Origin: Zancudomyces culisetae HAW-14-8
Lineage: Eukaryota > Fungi > Kickxellomycota
NCBI GenBank assembly: GCA_052426225.1
Contig: JBNJNM010000007.1
Span: 1,054,001-1,118,000 of the forward strand
Direction: 5' to 3'
DNA length: 64,000 nucleotides
Below the pieces are notes generated by a model that saw nothing but the letters and a program-made list of their open reading frames with translations, ran no database searches and had not been told where the DNA came from. A program made the translations under genes and the position numbers. Positions 1-12,340 of the stretch are shown piece after piece (within the stretch, counting starts at the first letter, position 1; the number at the start of each line of letters is the position of its first letter).

Positions 1-1146
1 CATCTTTGGATGCTTCAAGTACTCCCGTACAAACGTTTCAACTTCCTTTGCTGTCCAGTAACTCTTACCCCCAACCGCTCCTACTCCTATTCCCAACCTT
101 TCCCCACTACCTACGTTTCCTTTCACACCCACTTCATAGTATTTCTTTGGCGCTAGTATCTTTCGTTGGCTCGTCATAAACCTAACTATTTCCCGCTCCT
201 CTTTATCCATCTCCATGTTTGGTATCTTTGCCGCTGATCGCAAACTCCGAGCCTCTGGATTTCGCACTTCATCATATTGTAACCGCTGAATAATCTCTGC
301 CAGCTCAGCTTCTGACCGCACTGAGTCGCTTATAAAGCTCTCTGATCCCTTGTTCCTAAATCGCGCCTTCGACCGGCCCTTGTATTGCACCTCTTGCAAC
401 TCTGCTTCCCACAACTCAACCAGCTCTTGCCGTCTAATGATGTTCGCTCGTCGCCGCTTATCTTCACGTCCTCCACTTTCCAGCACCCCTCCAACTGGTG
501 GCGATCCCCGCTCTCCGCCCGGTCCTCCCCTCCTACGTCCTGTATCGTTTATGCCTCTTCTGTACACGCGTCTTTGCTCCTCCTCCCACTCTTTCTCCAG
601 TTCTCCTACCCGCTGCTGCCATACCTCGTACTGCTCCTTAAACTTCTTTTGCAGCTCCTTTTCTTTCGTTTCTCGCTCCTCTTGCTTTTGCTGCAGATGC
701 TTTATCAGCTCTCCCTCTATCTCCTTGTGTCGCTGCATCTGTTCTTCCCAAAACCACCATTCTTGTGGCTCCTTGAAACTTCCTGGTACAAATTTGCTCT
801 CCGTTTCCAAAAAATCGCGTGCTATTTTGCCTCTCACTTGTGCCGCCCGCCTCTGATTTTCCAAATATATTCGCCTCATCATTTGCTTGTCGTTTCCCTC
901 CTCCTCTACTCCCTTTTTTGTTGCTCTTTCCTTACCCCTTTTTCCTTCTTCTTTTATCTCTAGCTCGTACCATTTGATTTTTTCTGTCTCTTCTCCTTCA
1001 TCGGAACTGTCTCCATAGAGTATATCTTCATCCTCTTCATCCTCCACGACTTTTCGTGATTTTCCTCCAATTTCAAAGATACCTTTATTCTCTGTTACTC
1101 GTGCCCTAATTGGCACCTTTTGCCAATCTCTGCTAGCAATACCCAT
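1..1146 (-). CDS. SANT/Myb-domain corepressor, Snt1/N-CoR-like (5' part; runs off the window edge)
   Basis: Open minus frame of 382 codons from ATG at 1146 (MGIASRDWQK) to base 1, missing from the ORF track because it has no stop. Contains a coiled coil, DSVRSEAELAEIIQRL...NPEARSLRSAAKIP and the start of a SANT domain YWTAKEVETFVREYLKHPKM. Confidence 0.75.
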   Translation of the reverse strand, partial: MGIASRDWQKVPIRARVTENKGIFEIGGKSRKVVEDEEDEDILYGDSSDEGEETEKIKWYELEIKEEGKRGKERATKKGVEEEGNDKQMMRRIYLENQRRAAQVRGKIARDFLETESKFVPGSFKEPQEWWFWEEQMQRHKEIEGELIKHLQQKQEERETKEKELQKKFKEQYEVWQQRVGELEKEWEEEQRRVYRRGINDTGRRRGGPGGERGSPPVGGVLESGGREDKRRRANIIRRQELVELWEAELQEVQYKGRSKARFRNKGSESFISDSVRSEAELAEIIQRLQYDEVRNPEARSLRSAAKIPNMEMDKEEREIVRFMTSQRKILAPKKYYEVGVKGNVGSGERLGIGVGAVGGKSYWTAKEVETFVREYLKHPKM

Positions 1147-1487
1147 TTGCTCGTTTAATTTTGCAATTTCCAATCAAACTTGCAAAAGTCGATTTACTCA
1201 GAATATTCTACAACTTTCTTTTTGTTTTGTTATTCTACTTTTACTCTTTTTTTAATTGTTGTAACTATTTCTTTTATTACAGTAATTTCTGTATTGTATT
1301 AATTAGTTACGATTCCTTTGTTTACAACTTATAGTGGTTTCATATAATTGCCTCGCTATTATTTTTAATCCATGGCAAACTTTCGCAAATTAAACCGAAT
1401 TTGCAAATTTCCACATTTTCTTCGTGATTATACCACCTACGATTTAGGGAGCTGGTTGGAATAAATCATCAAAAGTTGGATTTTTGC

Positions 1488-1508
1488 GAAAAAAAAAATT
1501 TTTTTTTC
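1488..1508. promoter_or_regulatory. RRPE-like GAAAA..TTTTC element in the divergent Snt1-like/RRP43 promoter
   Basis: G(A)n(T)nC palindrome. Similar elements lie at 4224-4237, 12157-12174 and 17088-17102, upstream of RNA-processing genes. Confidence 0.4.
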
Positions 1509-1648
1509 CAGCTATAATATTGCCTTACTCCATAATTAAAATAAAAAAGGCCAAAATTAAAAGTGCACCTAATAAAAGATATTGTTATACTCAACAACGT
1601 AATAACTGTAGAATTAGCATATAAATAAAATATAAAGACGGACACAAG

Positions 1649-2566
1649 ATGGCGATTAGCGAATTTGAGGCCCAAGTCTTCCAGAAAGTTCACCCTAAAG
1701 AATACCAACAGCGATTTTTGGCACAGGCTATCCGAACCGATGGAAGAGCCTTTGATCAATTCCGAAATACAAAAATCACAAAAGGAGGAATCGAAACCGC
1801 TCACGGTTCATCCACCGTAAGGATTGGTCGAACAACAGTTGTCTGTGGAATCAAGGGCGAAGTTTGTGAGCCTAGGCTGATATCTGCGGCTTACCCCCAA
1901 GCCGGTTCTCGCGGCTTTATAGTCCCAAGCGTAAAACTAACCAGCATCAGTTCGAGCAAGTTTTTGCAAGGTGGTGCAACAAATCAGATATCTCAAGTAT
2001 TGAGCGAACAAGTATACCGACTTTTGTTTACATCTGATAGCAATTCAAAGCATGCACAAAACGACAATCTTGAAGATTTCAGCACGCTATTGGATCAACT
2101 GTGTATTGCCAAAGACAAAGCAGTTTGGGTGTTATATGCTGATCTTGTATGTATAAACTACGATGGAAACATTCTTGATGCCGTATTGCTGGCCCTGATC
2201 AATGCCCTGAAAGATGTCAAGCTCCCAGTTGCAACTTTTGACGAAGAACTCGGCGTTGTCTTTTGTGGCGATGATGGTGCTAGTGTAGGGGACAGCAATG
2301 ATGGCCAGAAGGTTTCGCTGCAGCTTAAAAGCAACTTGTATCCGACATCATTCTGTGTGTTCTCATCCGGCGAAAACAAGTGCCTGCTGGTGGATCCAAC
2401 CGAACTCGAAGAAGACAGCTGTGATGGATCAATCTCACTGGTTCTGGACGACTCTGGTGCTATTGTAAATATATGGAAACTCGGAGATGGGGTAGGTACA
2501 AATGAACTTGAGCTATGCTATGAACGAGCACTACAGAGAAAAAAAGAGTTGGCTAGCATGCTCTAG
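1649..2566 (+). CDS. RRP43: Exosome complex RNase PH-like subunit Rrp43 (EXOSC8)
   Basis: FQKVHPKEY..RFL, IRTDGRAFDQFR, GSSTVRIGRTTVVCGIK, LCIAKDKAVWVLYADLVCINYDGN, LLVDPTELEE. Confidence 0.9.
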   Translation: MAISEFEAQVFQKVHPKEYQQRFLAQAIRTDGRAFDQFRNTKITKGGIETAHGSSTVRIGRTTVVCGIKGEVCEPRLISAAYPQAGSRGFIVPSVKLTSISSSKFLQGGATNQISQVLSEQVYRLLFTSDSNSKHAQNDNLEDFSTLLDQLCIAKDKAVWVLYADLVCINYDGNILDAVLLALINALKDVKLPVATFDEELGVVFCGDDGASVGDSNDGQKVSLQLKSNLYPTSFCVFSSGENKCLLVDPTELEEDSCDGSISLVLDDSGAIVNIWKLGDGVGTNELELCYERALQRKKELASML

Positions 2567-2768
2567 ATCTGCCACGCTCACACCTATTTTTCTCTTTCCC
2601 TTTCTGATATTATTTTAGTGCTGGTTCTAAATCCCGAAAAAAAATAAAGTTTTATACACACTGTTTATATGTAATAATATATTTAAAAGTTTCCAAGTAA
2701 AATAAACATGAAAAGAACAAAAAAAAAAGTCTTAGTATTTTTTAAAAAGAACAAACTATATCAATTCC

Positions 2769-3936
2769 TTAGTTGGTCTCTTTGGCTGGGACATTTGGGT
2801 TGATCTTCTTTCCATCCTTAGTAAATCTTACACGTGGTGGTGGAGCACGGCTGCGACGGCCCTCTGAGGAACGTACACGGACAATGTGACTGTGGATAGC
2901 ACATGCAACACAGTATTGAGACTTGATGTACAGTTTAGGAAGAGCATATGATTCGTAAACTGAAGCTTCTGCCATATCTCTTTGAGCAGCTGCCTCAACC
3001 ATGTTTCTTACGGAGAATCTCTTGATGGCCTTATCCTATTATCGTGTCAATATTCTTGTTAGTATCAATTCCCCCTTTTTACATAAACTTGCCACTGTTT
3101 AGCAATGAAGACCCCCAAATTCCCTTTTTCCACTAGTAAGACTAGACATGGATTTAAAAAACAGAGAAAAGGGATGTCATAATGCGTAGCGAAATGGGTA
3201 ATGTGTATTCAATAAAGTACCTTTGGGCAACAGCGGTAGCAGTTGTCGCATCTAATAGGATTGGTGTGTCCGCGCCCCTTCTTGTTGCGTCCGTGATTTC
3301 TGCGCTTGACTGTCTACAGTAACGTTAATAATCATATCATGTTAGCATAAGATCAAATGATTCTTCAACAAGGTATATCTAACAATAAATCTGCTGCTCT
3401 GTCCAGATAGGGATAGCACAATAGTGCAAAATGGTTCTAGCTTATTCTAACACCAAAAGCCAAAATACCGCACAATATACACCCAGCATAGTTAAGGGTT
3501 CCAAGCCCAAAGCTGATCAAATGACATTTAGCTCTGTAAAATTAAAGACAGCTAAAGAATTGAAGTGCCCTGAAAAAATCTCTTCAATTAAATACATTGA
3601 TTATCCGAGTCTTGAAATGAAGAGTTATTTGCTTATAGATATTTGAATCTGAAATTAAAATCGTAATCATAATCATTATCCGCACTTGTTATCAACCGAA
3701 ATTCAAAAAAAATTCAGAAAAGCGCGGCAGATTCAAACTTCAGCATTAATAACAGGTCTCAATGTAGCTTTCTTCTCTAACGATTAAAGAATAAAATATA
3801 ACCGACAAAAACGCCTGTCTCCTCTAAAATTCGAATCCCAAAAACAGTATATTTTAACCGTCGTCATGTTGCGTGCGTAAATAATTTATCTTTTCCATTC
3901 TATATTGAGTTAATCTGTCCCGTTAATACTTACCAT
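2769..3936 (-). CDS. RPS26: 40S ribosomal protein eS26
   Basis: Exons 3936-3934 (ATG only, then GTAAGT), 3313-3221 ([31 protein letters not shown]) and 3035-2769 ([17 protein letters not shown]...YCVACAIH...). GT-AG introns at 3933-3314 and 3220-3036. Confidence 0.97.
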
Positions 3937-4621
3937 CTTTAAGAACTGGTTAGTTTACTATTATTTACTTGAAGATTATAATACTAAATATATTATAAGT
4001 ATTCTAAACAAGAGGAGAAAAAAATTATTTTCTACACTTGACTCTTATTTCGTTTTCCTTAATTTTTTTTTATTCGCAATTTTTTGTTCATTGCCCGCCA
4101 GCTGGTTTTTGAACTATTATTTTATTTCTGGTTCAGAGCTGGGCAAGTCCTCAACAGTTACGAGAAAAATTATAAATTCGTCAATAGTTGGCCAGTTGCT
4201 TGGTCAGTCAATCTTTTTCAATGGAAAAAAAAATTTTGGAAAATGAATTAACATCAGAACATCCTATGAAACTAACATTATTGGCTCCGGAGGCGAATCG
4301 TAACTTTGAAGAGTTTTTATATTTTTTCTTCCCTTTCTTCCCCCATCAATATTAGCTTTGTTATGTTTGCACCAATTTAAAAGCACAGTAAAATAATCGG
4401 AAAACCGCCAAGTTTGCAAAGGCTAGTTTTTTTTTGAACTTGCAAGATCAAAAAAACCATCGAAGCAAGCGATCAGAGCTGGTGTAAGTTCTCAGAGTAG
4501 ATCTTTTTTTTTTGTTAATAGATAATTCATATAGTACCGAGACTATACTTGCCACGATCTAATCAAAGTATAGCTAATGCATGATTTTGAATTGTAAGGA
4601 AGAATATATAGTAATTCGAAA

Positions 4622-6724
4622 ATGATCACAGGAAATTTTACAATAAATGGGCTGAGAACAAGCAAGTATGCAGTAAGAAACAATCTCTTGGCAGTTCTCA
4701 GACACCCAAGTCGTAAGCATAGCTTTCTAGTAACCAAGGGTCAACTCGATCAGTCTCAACGTTTTAAAAAGCTACATGATTTAACAAATCATCAGCAACA
4801 AGGCAAAATCTGTATCTTTACAAAAAATACCAACGCTAGAATTAGCGGTGGTGTTCGATATGCTAGCAGTATTCCAAAAGAAACAATCAAAGCGAGATTT
4901 GATAAGGGTAAATGTTGCCCAGGATGTGGGGCTGTATTTCAAACAAAAATAGTTGACGAGCCTGGATACTTACCAGCGGACATCATGAAAGAGCTCCGGG
5001 AAAAAGAGAGGGAAAAAGTAATGAAAGCACATGAAAAAGAGCTAAGCATGTTCTACACAGAAAAACCTATAGAAAAAGAAGAAACCCATGAGGTAGAAAA
5101 GCAAGAGGTAGACGCAGAGGTAAATCAACAACAACAGGAGCGAGAAAAGAAACCAGAGAAGAGTATGGAGACAGGAGAGGGTGGTGATATAGTCGTTTCT
5201 GGTGATATAAACAAAAGCATCATAAATGATGGTAAACGTGAACAAGAAAATATCAAAACTGAGTTGCATGAACAAGAGGAAGATCGAAAAATTTTGTGCT
5301 ACAGATGCCATGGGTTAAAAAATTACGGTCGATTGCCGCGAGATTGGATGCAAGATGTGATATCAGATCCGAGGGAATTGAAGTTTTTGAAATACAAAAA
5401 GAATATTACTGTAGTGATTGTGTGTGACTTTTTTGATGTGATTGGGAGCATGATAAAAAACATTGGTGACTATATTGGTGAATACCACAAAGTGATATTA
5501 GTTGGAAATAAAATGGATTTGCTACCATCATCAAAACTAATTCTACAACATAGAGATAAAAAGGATGGAAAGGATGTGGCGATCCAGCAACGGTTGGAAC
5601 GATATTTATATACACAAGCAAAATCGTACATGAATTTAAAACCAGCAAATATTGAAGGAGTGTTTTGCATCAGTGCACTAAAAAATCTGGGTGTTCGGGA
5701 ACTTGCCGATGCGCTACAACAAAAGCTAGAAAAAAATTCATATCATCAAGATATATTCCTGGTAGGGCGAGCAAATTGTGGGAAAAGCGAACTAACTAAT
5801 GCGCTACTGCGAATTAGCTACAAAACGTACTATGAAAATAAGGTAATGACATCCAAGATCCCAGGGACTACAATTGGAGTGTACGGATTACCATTGACTG
5901 CTTTCCGCAAGGCATTGATTCCATTTACACCTGGGCAAACACAAAAACAACAGCAAGACGACGATAGGCGGTTCTATAATCGGTACGTTTATGATACACC
6001 AGGTGTGTTTTCCAAAAAGGGGAATATAACCAGTCACCTTACGCCAAAAGAACTGAAAATGGTTGTTCCAACTAAACGGTTGCTTCCATTTACTTACAAG
6101 CTAGACCCTGGCCAGTCAATCGCACTGGGAGGTTGCGGCCGACTAGATCTACCTAAGGACTCAAACACGGATAGCCTGTTCGTAACAGTTTTCAGTGCCA
6201 TCAAAATTCACAAAACATCGATTAAAAAGGCAAAGGAACAGTTTGAGGCTTTACATGCAGGAAAAAAAACAATTCTGGTTCCTCCACTGCAGCCTGATCG
6301 TCGATTATCGTCGCCAGTGCTATCACCATCATCCTCGCCAGTACCTGCGATGTTACCACGTGAGGGCAGCTTAGAGCAGGAAAATAGCCATGAAAAGGAT
6401 CAGGAACAGAATGAGCAGAGGGAACAAGAAGGGGAACAGGAAAATGTGCACAAAAAAACAAAACCACACAATCTGGTATTTCCTGAAGCTAAATTGGCTC
6501 TAGATCTACATGATGTGCCCGGAACACACAAAGCCGTAGCTTGGCTCGATGTGGTATTTTCCGGGGTGGGCTGGTTTGCTTTAACAGGCCACAGCAAAAA
6601 GTTCCACATTCAAGTGTACTCGCCAAACGGTACAGGAGTGCATACACGGCCCCCGCTACAACCTTTTGAATATAACAACGTTATTACAAAGTATACTTCT
6701 AATATGCGGAAGACTCCATACTAA
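4622..6724 (+). CDS. GEP3: Mitochondrial circularly permuted GTPase, YqeH/NOA1/Gep3(Mtg3) family
   Basis: Basic presequence-like N-terminus, Zn motifs CPGCG and CYRC, and G motifs in permuted order: NKMD (G4), SAL (G5), GRANCGKS (G1), PGTT (G2), DTPG (G3). Confidence 0.85.
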   Translation: MITGNFTINGLRTSKYAVRNNLLAVLRHPSRKHSFLVTKGQLDQSQRFKKLHDLTNHQQQGKICIFTKNTNARISGGVRYASSIPKETIKARFDKGKCCPGCGAVFQTKIVDEPGYLPADIMKELREKEREKVMKAHEKELSMFYTEKPIEKEETHEVEKQEVDAEVNQQQQEREKKPEKSMETGEGGDIVVSGDINKSIINDGKREQENIKTELHEQEEDRKILCYRCHGLKNYGRLPRDWMQDVISDPRELKFLKYKKNITVVIVCDFFDVIGSMIKNIGDYIGEYHKVILVGNKMDLLPSSKLILQHRDKKDGKDVAIQQRLERYLYTQAKSYMNLKPANIEGVFCISALKNLGVRELADALQQKLEKNSYHQDIFLVGRANCGKSELTNALLRISYKTYYENKVMTSKIPGTTIGVYGLPLTAFRKALIPFTPGQTQKQQQDDDRRFYNRYVYDTPGVFSKKGNITSHLTPKELKMVVPTKRLLPFTYKLDPGQSIALGGCGRLDLPKDSNTDSLFVTVFSAIKIHKTSIKKAKEQFEALHAGKKTILVPPLQPDRRLSSPVLSPSSSPVPAMLPREGSLEQENSHEKDQEQNEQREQEGEQENVHKKTKPHNLVFPEAKLALDLHDVPGTHKAVAWLDVVFSGVGWFALTGHSKKFHIQVYSPNGTGVHTRPPLQPFEYNNVITKYTSNMRKTPY

Positions 6725-6834
6725 GCTAAAAATATATAAATAAACAAGTAAACATGTAATATAGTAAAGTTAGCCTAATTTATCCAATTGAAACCACCAC
6801 CATTCAATTTATTTATTCAAATTATCTAGTCTTT

Positions 6835-8406
6835 TCAAGTGCTTCGCTTTACTTCAGCGTTGCCAAACAGCTCAAAGCTGGTTCGTCTAACGACCCGCTG
6901 TCTCGTTTCTTCGCCGTTTCCAGTCTCGCCGCCAGGGTTGTCTATGTTAAACTGAGCAGCAACCAAGTTTTCGCTGTTGTTCCTTGCAAAGCTTCCTCGT
7001 GCCATATTGACAGGTGATTCATTAACTGAACCAGATGACGATCGGTTAAGCGACCGATGTCTATGGAGCCGTCCGCCACCCTCTACGTCGCCTTCCTTGG
7101 GCCCACGCACATATTTTGCTGACGTCATCACCTTCTCGCTTGCATGATTGCCTGTCTGCCCAGGCGGAGTTAGTGTTGCGCTTCTGCCTCGACGATCAGT
7201 GCTAAACAGATTTGTAGGAAAAGTTGTCTTGCCGTAATTGTCCTTCCTTCCATCACTCCACTCATGTGTACCAGCCCTCTTTTTAACATTAGCTGCCTCT
7301 TGCCTCACTGGTGTTTTCATTTTATCTGTACTCCTCGCCTCTTCATCTCCACCCAGCAACCGCTGCGCCTCTGTCACTATCTCTTCTATTCGCTCGAACT
7401 CTTTATCCCCCATTGTTTCGTTTACTCCACCACCATTTCCACTATCCATATCACCCTTATCGTCTGCCACTCTTGCTATAAATTTGGCCACCGCCCTCTC
7501 CTCTTCTCTCAGCTCTGGCTTCTCAGCTCCCTGTAGCAACACTTGCCCCATATTGACTACCAGCTCTATTATCCTTTCCTCCGGATACTCAATTCCCATC
7601 CAATTAATTACCTCCTCAATATCATTTGATGTTTCTACTTTCTCAATAATCGCCTTACTCCTTCGTTGTATTTCTTGGTCATATTCCTCTAGCTCCCCCA
7701 CGCTTCCTTGCGACCATATCCCCATCTTTCTCTTGCCTCTATAAGTCGAATCCTTGCCGTATTTGTTGTACATCCTACCTATTTCCTCTATTAGCACGGC
7801 CTTGTCCCTTTCCTTAGCACTTTTTGTTGTCACCCCCTTTCGCTTCTTGTATTTCATTTTTACTTCTCGTTCCACTCTTTTTCTTACTTGCTGTGTCTGC
7901 AATTCCAAGATGTATTCGCATATCTCCTCCGTACATCCACCTTCGCCGTTTCGCATCTTCATTTGTCTCACCTCCTCCGCTACTTCTAGACCCACCTCAA
8001 CCGTATACTCTTCCTCAAATTCCTCCATCTTTCCTGCTTCAAACTCCTCAAATTGCATTTCAAACAATCTCATCACCTTCTCTCTTATTCTATTGCCTTG
8101 GCCAACTACTTTATATCCTGTTCTTTCTCTTAGATTCTGAATTGTTTTGTACATTTTTAATATTTTTGTATCCAAAACCCTCTCCTTCTTTCCCTTTTTT
8201 CTTTCTCTTTTTTGATCAGATTTATGTTGAATGTCTATATTCTCACATTTCTTGCTATCTATTTCTTCCCCTTCAATTTCTACCGAGCGCTCACATCTGT
8301 TTTCCCTTTTAACCTTTTCTATTTGCAACCTCAAACTTAAATCCATCAGATAATCGAGTACTAGCACTTCTGCGTGCGTTAAATCTGGAATTCCATGAAC
8401 TGCCAT
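6835..8406 (-). CDS. Hypothetical protein, 523 aa (E/K/R-rich helical N-half, disordered S/G/R-rich tail; possible LisH-like start)
   Basis: Long ORF with AAAATG start context and purine-rich codon usage like the Snt1-like gene. EVLVLDYLM resembles LisH only weakly. Confidence 0.7.
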   Translation of the reverse strand: MAVHGIPDLTHAEVLVLDYLMDLSLRLQIEKVKRENRCERSVEIEGEEIDSKKCENIDIQHKSDQKRERKKGKKERVLDTKILKMYKTIQNLRERTGYKVVGQGNRIREKVMRLFEMQFEEFEAGKMEEFEEEYTVEVGLEVAEEVRQMKMRNGEGGCTEEICEYILELQTQQVRKRVEREVKMKYKKRKGVTTKSAKERDKAVLIEEIGRMYNKYGKDSTYRGKRKMGIWSQGSVGELEEYDQEIQRRSKAIIEKVETSNDIEEVINWMGIEYPEERIIELVVNMGQVLLQGAEKPELREEERAVAKFIARVADDKGDMDSGNGGGVNETMGDKEFERIEEIVTEAQRLLGGDEEARSTDKMKTPVRQEAANVKKRAGTHEWSDGRKDNYGKTTFPTNLFSTDRRGRSATLTPPGQTGNHASEKVMTSAKYVRGPKEGDVEGGGRLHRHRSLNRSSSGSVNESPVNMARGSFARNNSENLVAAQFNIDNPGGETGNGEETRQRVVRRTSFELFGNAEVKRST

Positions 8407-11400
8407 TTTCTTATTACCTCCCTGATCAATTCAGCTTTCATGTATTATTTTAGTTCTACTCTTTTTTAAATTAAACCCTCTATACCCTCTTTATATCACT
8501 TTATTGCCACATCAGGTTAATTTAATCTAGTTTCCAAGAATCCTTTTATATTCAAGTGCTTTCAAATATTTTTTCTGTATTCAAATACTATTATCGATTT
8601 TGGAGTCTCAATTTATGATTCCAAGTTTCGGAGCTCTCCTCCCCTCTGTTTCTTTCTGAAGACTTTATGCTCCCTTTTTTAAATAAATAAGCAAATAAAT
8701 ATTTTTGTTTACCTTTCCATAAACTTGCAGAATATACACTTTATTATTTAAATCTCGCAATACAAAAAAAATTCTTTGTTTACTTTATATTTTTCAGGCC
8801 TTAACTGTTCTGATTTTGTTTACTAATTTTCTGTGTCTTTTTATTCACTCCTTTTATTTGATTTATAATTATTTCAATTTCTTTCACACACTAATGACTG
8901 GGCTGTGAATTTGCTTTTTCCCGTTTTACACAATCAATGCTAGTTTACTTAATTGGTGATTAAGAATTAGGATATTTTCTTTAGACTGCTTTACCAATTT
9001 TGTGCTTGTGTCTATTAGGAGAAAATATTCTCAGTATGCTTTCTTTTTGAAAGCTAAATGCCTGACTTTTACAAATACAAGGTTAGCACACTGTATTTAG
9101 AATAATTTTAAGCTTATATCTCGTTATAATTCATCTCTGTCTTCTCAATTCCCTCTCTCTCCCCCCCCCCCGCCAACATCTGTTTCTCATTTTTCGTGGC
9201 AAACTGTAAAATAGATCATATTCACTCCAGCTTGCCAGAACAAACTCTATTATTGATTTGTGATCATTTTTATTCAATAATATTTATCCGAATATAACAG
9301 TTTAGCATGACTTTTTCAACAACAAAACTCAAAGCTGGTGTTATAAAATTTCCACTTACATTCCCACTTTATGAGCTGAAGAGTCATCTTAATTCATCCA
9401 TTCAAAAAAAAAAAACTTCACCTCCACCTTCCCAACTAAAAATTATCATGAATGTACACGTCTTGATAATTGTTTATTTCATATATTAAATAAAAAGAAC
9501 ACCATATCGAGTTATACATAAAAAGTAACGTTTAATGTATACCACCCAGTTATATAATTATTTCAGTATATTTACTAGTACATATATATATAAAGTCATT
9601 TCCCCTGACCTGGGTGTAAAATAAGGCAAGTAGAATATACAAAAACACACTTTATTTTCATCAGAACCCACACAAGGAAATGTCGTAAAATATGTAATAC
9701 AGGATTACATGACAGCTACACCTTTATACGCTTTGAGAAGACTCAAAAACTGGTTACTATATCAAGGTACCTCCACCCCAATGATTCATATTACTAAACC
9801 ATTCCTGTGTACTTTTAATGATTTACGGTTACAATCTTGTGTTTGTATATTTACTTGACTCTTTGGGTATATATATCAAAGTAATTAGAAGAACCTCAAA
9901 ATTTGGTGTTGCAACCGCGTTCCTACATTAATGTAATTTTTGTGGTCTTGTTACAAAAAAAATATTCTTGAAACTGCAGGCATTGAGTGAAAATACTAAA
10001 AGGGGTATCATAATCACAAATTTCGAGGTTGTATAACTATTCGGGTGTTTGTGAAAGATGGTGGGGAGGGAAGAAAGTAACACTAGATAATTAGATAATT
10101 TTCTCAGACATTTTAATTTAGCAATGTTTGTTAGTGTTGTTTTTACTATTGGTATTTATGTTTACTCGTGGATATATTACTTTCACTTATCTTTCGGATG
10201 TGTGTGGTAAAATTAATTGCAAACCCTACCAATACCAGAACGTTGCGCCAAGAAGACTGAGGTTTTAAGAACTATGCTTTTATCAGCAATACTCTACTTG
10301 TCATTGTTTTGTGTATTATTGTTACTATCATCACCATAATTATATTTCTTATTTGCATTACGGGTAAAGATAATAAGCTCATATTTTGTTTTTGTTTTTA
10401 GTTACCCAAATGAAAAGCAATCGATTTACGTTTTTTTTTTTGGTTATTTTATTTGGTTTTGGTTTTGTTTTGATCACAAGTTATCAAAGATAGTACGAGG
10501 TTGCTTGTTTTAAACAGTATTTGACTAAACAAAGCGGCCGAGGAAACACCTCTTGATATTGTCGCATTATGTTGTGTATTTGCTTTGTTTTTTGTTTCTT
10601 CACGAATAAGAAAAATGGAGGTAAATAAGATGGCGTAGTGATTGTAGTCGAGTGAGCTTGTATATCTACCTAGTTTTTTCATAGTTTAGTTAAAATGAGT
10701 ATATTTTTAGAGTTGGATGGATGGGTACTCCAATTATGAAGCAGGTATTGTTATTATAATTATTGATGGTTTGATGTTTAGGTTAAAGTTGAATTTATAG
10801 TTGTTGGAAAGTGCGATATTTTGGCGCAGTTTTCTGGTTTTTTTTTTAAATCTTTTTTTTTTGAGTTGTGGGGTGTGAGAAGCGGGGCTAATTCCAAAAT
10901 GAGTAAATTGAAAGAGTAGTAGGACCATACTGACTACTTTACCATCAATAGTACAAATTGTTATGAATTTACTGCAATTACCGAGTTTATTGTCGGTATA
11001 AATTCCTTTGAAGCCAGAATTTAGCTTTATTTTAAGCGGGATTACCAAAACATGATCTTTTTTATTTACTGAGTTTGAAGTTACAAATGGAAAAGCTGAT
11101 AAGGCAAAGTAACCATTGATTTACAGTTAAAGTTAAGTCTAATAGGATACTGAATCGTATAAAAGGGTACTTGTGTATCATTTTTCTGGGTTGAACCATG
11201 CTCATAACATACCCTCCCAAAAGATAATTAAAAGATAAATTTTATGCTGTTATATTTTAATATTAATAAGAGTTCAAAGTAATTTAGTTATATGTCAAGA
11301 CATAAAAAGAAGAAAGCATAAGCTACCAATGTGCTTGTTTTTTATGATATATGATTACAATATTACTCGATATTAATAGTTTAACCGAGAAATTTAAAAA

Positions 11401-12340
11401 AGGATTACGTCTTAGCAGTCAAATTAGGGTGAGATAAAACCACTTCATTAATATAAAACACACAATAAAGTGGTATAAGGGAGGCTAACGAAAAACTTAA
11501 AACTCACATCAGTAAACTATAAAAAAAAGGGATTTCTTTGTCGTCCAAATTGGAGAAAGGTATTAGCGAGGATAAAGGGGACGTTGGGAAATATCAATTT
11601 CTATCGAATATAGTGTTTAAATGTCTGTACATTTCCAAGAAAAAGTCACCAATAAAGAGGTGTAACTGTTACTTAAGGGGGTACTGCGTCTTGTACTGCC
11701 CATGTAGGTGCGGGTATTGTGTGATAGATTATAATGGAGAGGGCTACTTTACTGACGACTAGAGACTATATTCACTAAAACTTTTCGTTTAAAAGATTAC
11801 ACATGAATGTGTACACAAACGTATTATCAACCAAGTTGTGCATATTAGATCGGTAGTTTAATAAATAGTGCGTATTTTATAAATAAACATGTATTTCTAG
11901 AGGGAAAGTCAAAATTCAAGCAAAGTTTCAAAGTTGTGTCTATTACTTTTATATTATTTTTTCATGAATAGAAATAAATACAAGGGTTATCTTTTAATGG
12001 GATACAGAACGGTTATGGTTATTAATGCAAGCTACTCACAAACCAATATTCTGCTCGAGAGCTTCAATGATAAGCCATATAGAATCAGTAAAGTCAATGT
12101 TTGTCCAGTTTTATTTGCCTTTTAAACGATCGGTTTAACCGTTCTCGGCATTTGAAGAAAAAAAAAAATTTTTTATTTTGAAAATGATATTGGATTGGAT
12201 AGAGTGATTTAAAAGAATCTTTAAACACAGATGGTTCCACAATTTACAGATATCAATACACTTTCTCTTCACCTATCCTCCCCTTCACCCCCCCCCCTTA
12301 AAAAAGAAAAACGAAAAAGAGAATAGTAACACTTTTAGGC

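Noticed and set aside
350-963. Plus-strand ORFs 350-856 and 385-963
   Set aside because: Antisense shadows of the purine-rich Snt1-like gene.
3314-3933. Possible snoRNA or ORF (3431-3646) in the 620-nt RPS26 intron 1
   Set aside because: Only a weak ATGACGA/CTGA pair, no terminal stem or recognisable guide; the ORF is antisense and featureless.
7238-8312. Four plus-strand ORFs
   Set aside because: Antisense shadows of 6835-8406.
8407-12340. Short ORFs in the 4-kb AT-rich gap
   Set aside because: Low complexity, no motifs, no consistent exon chain found.
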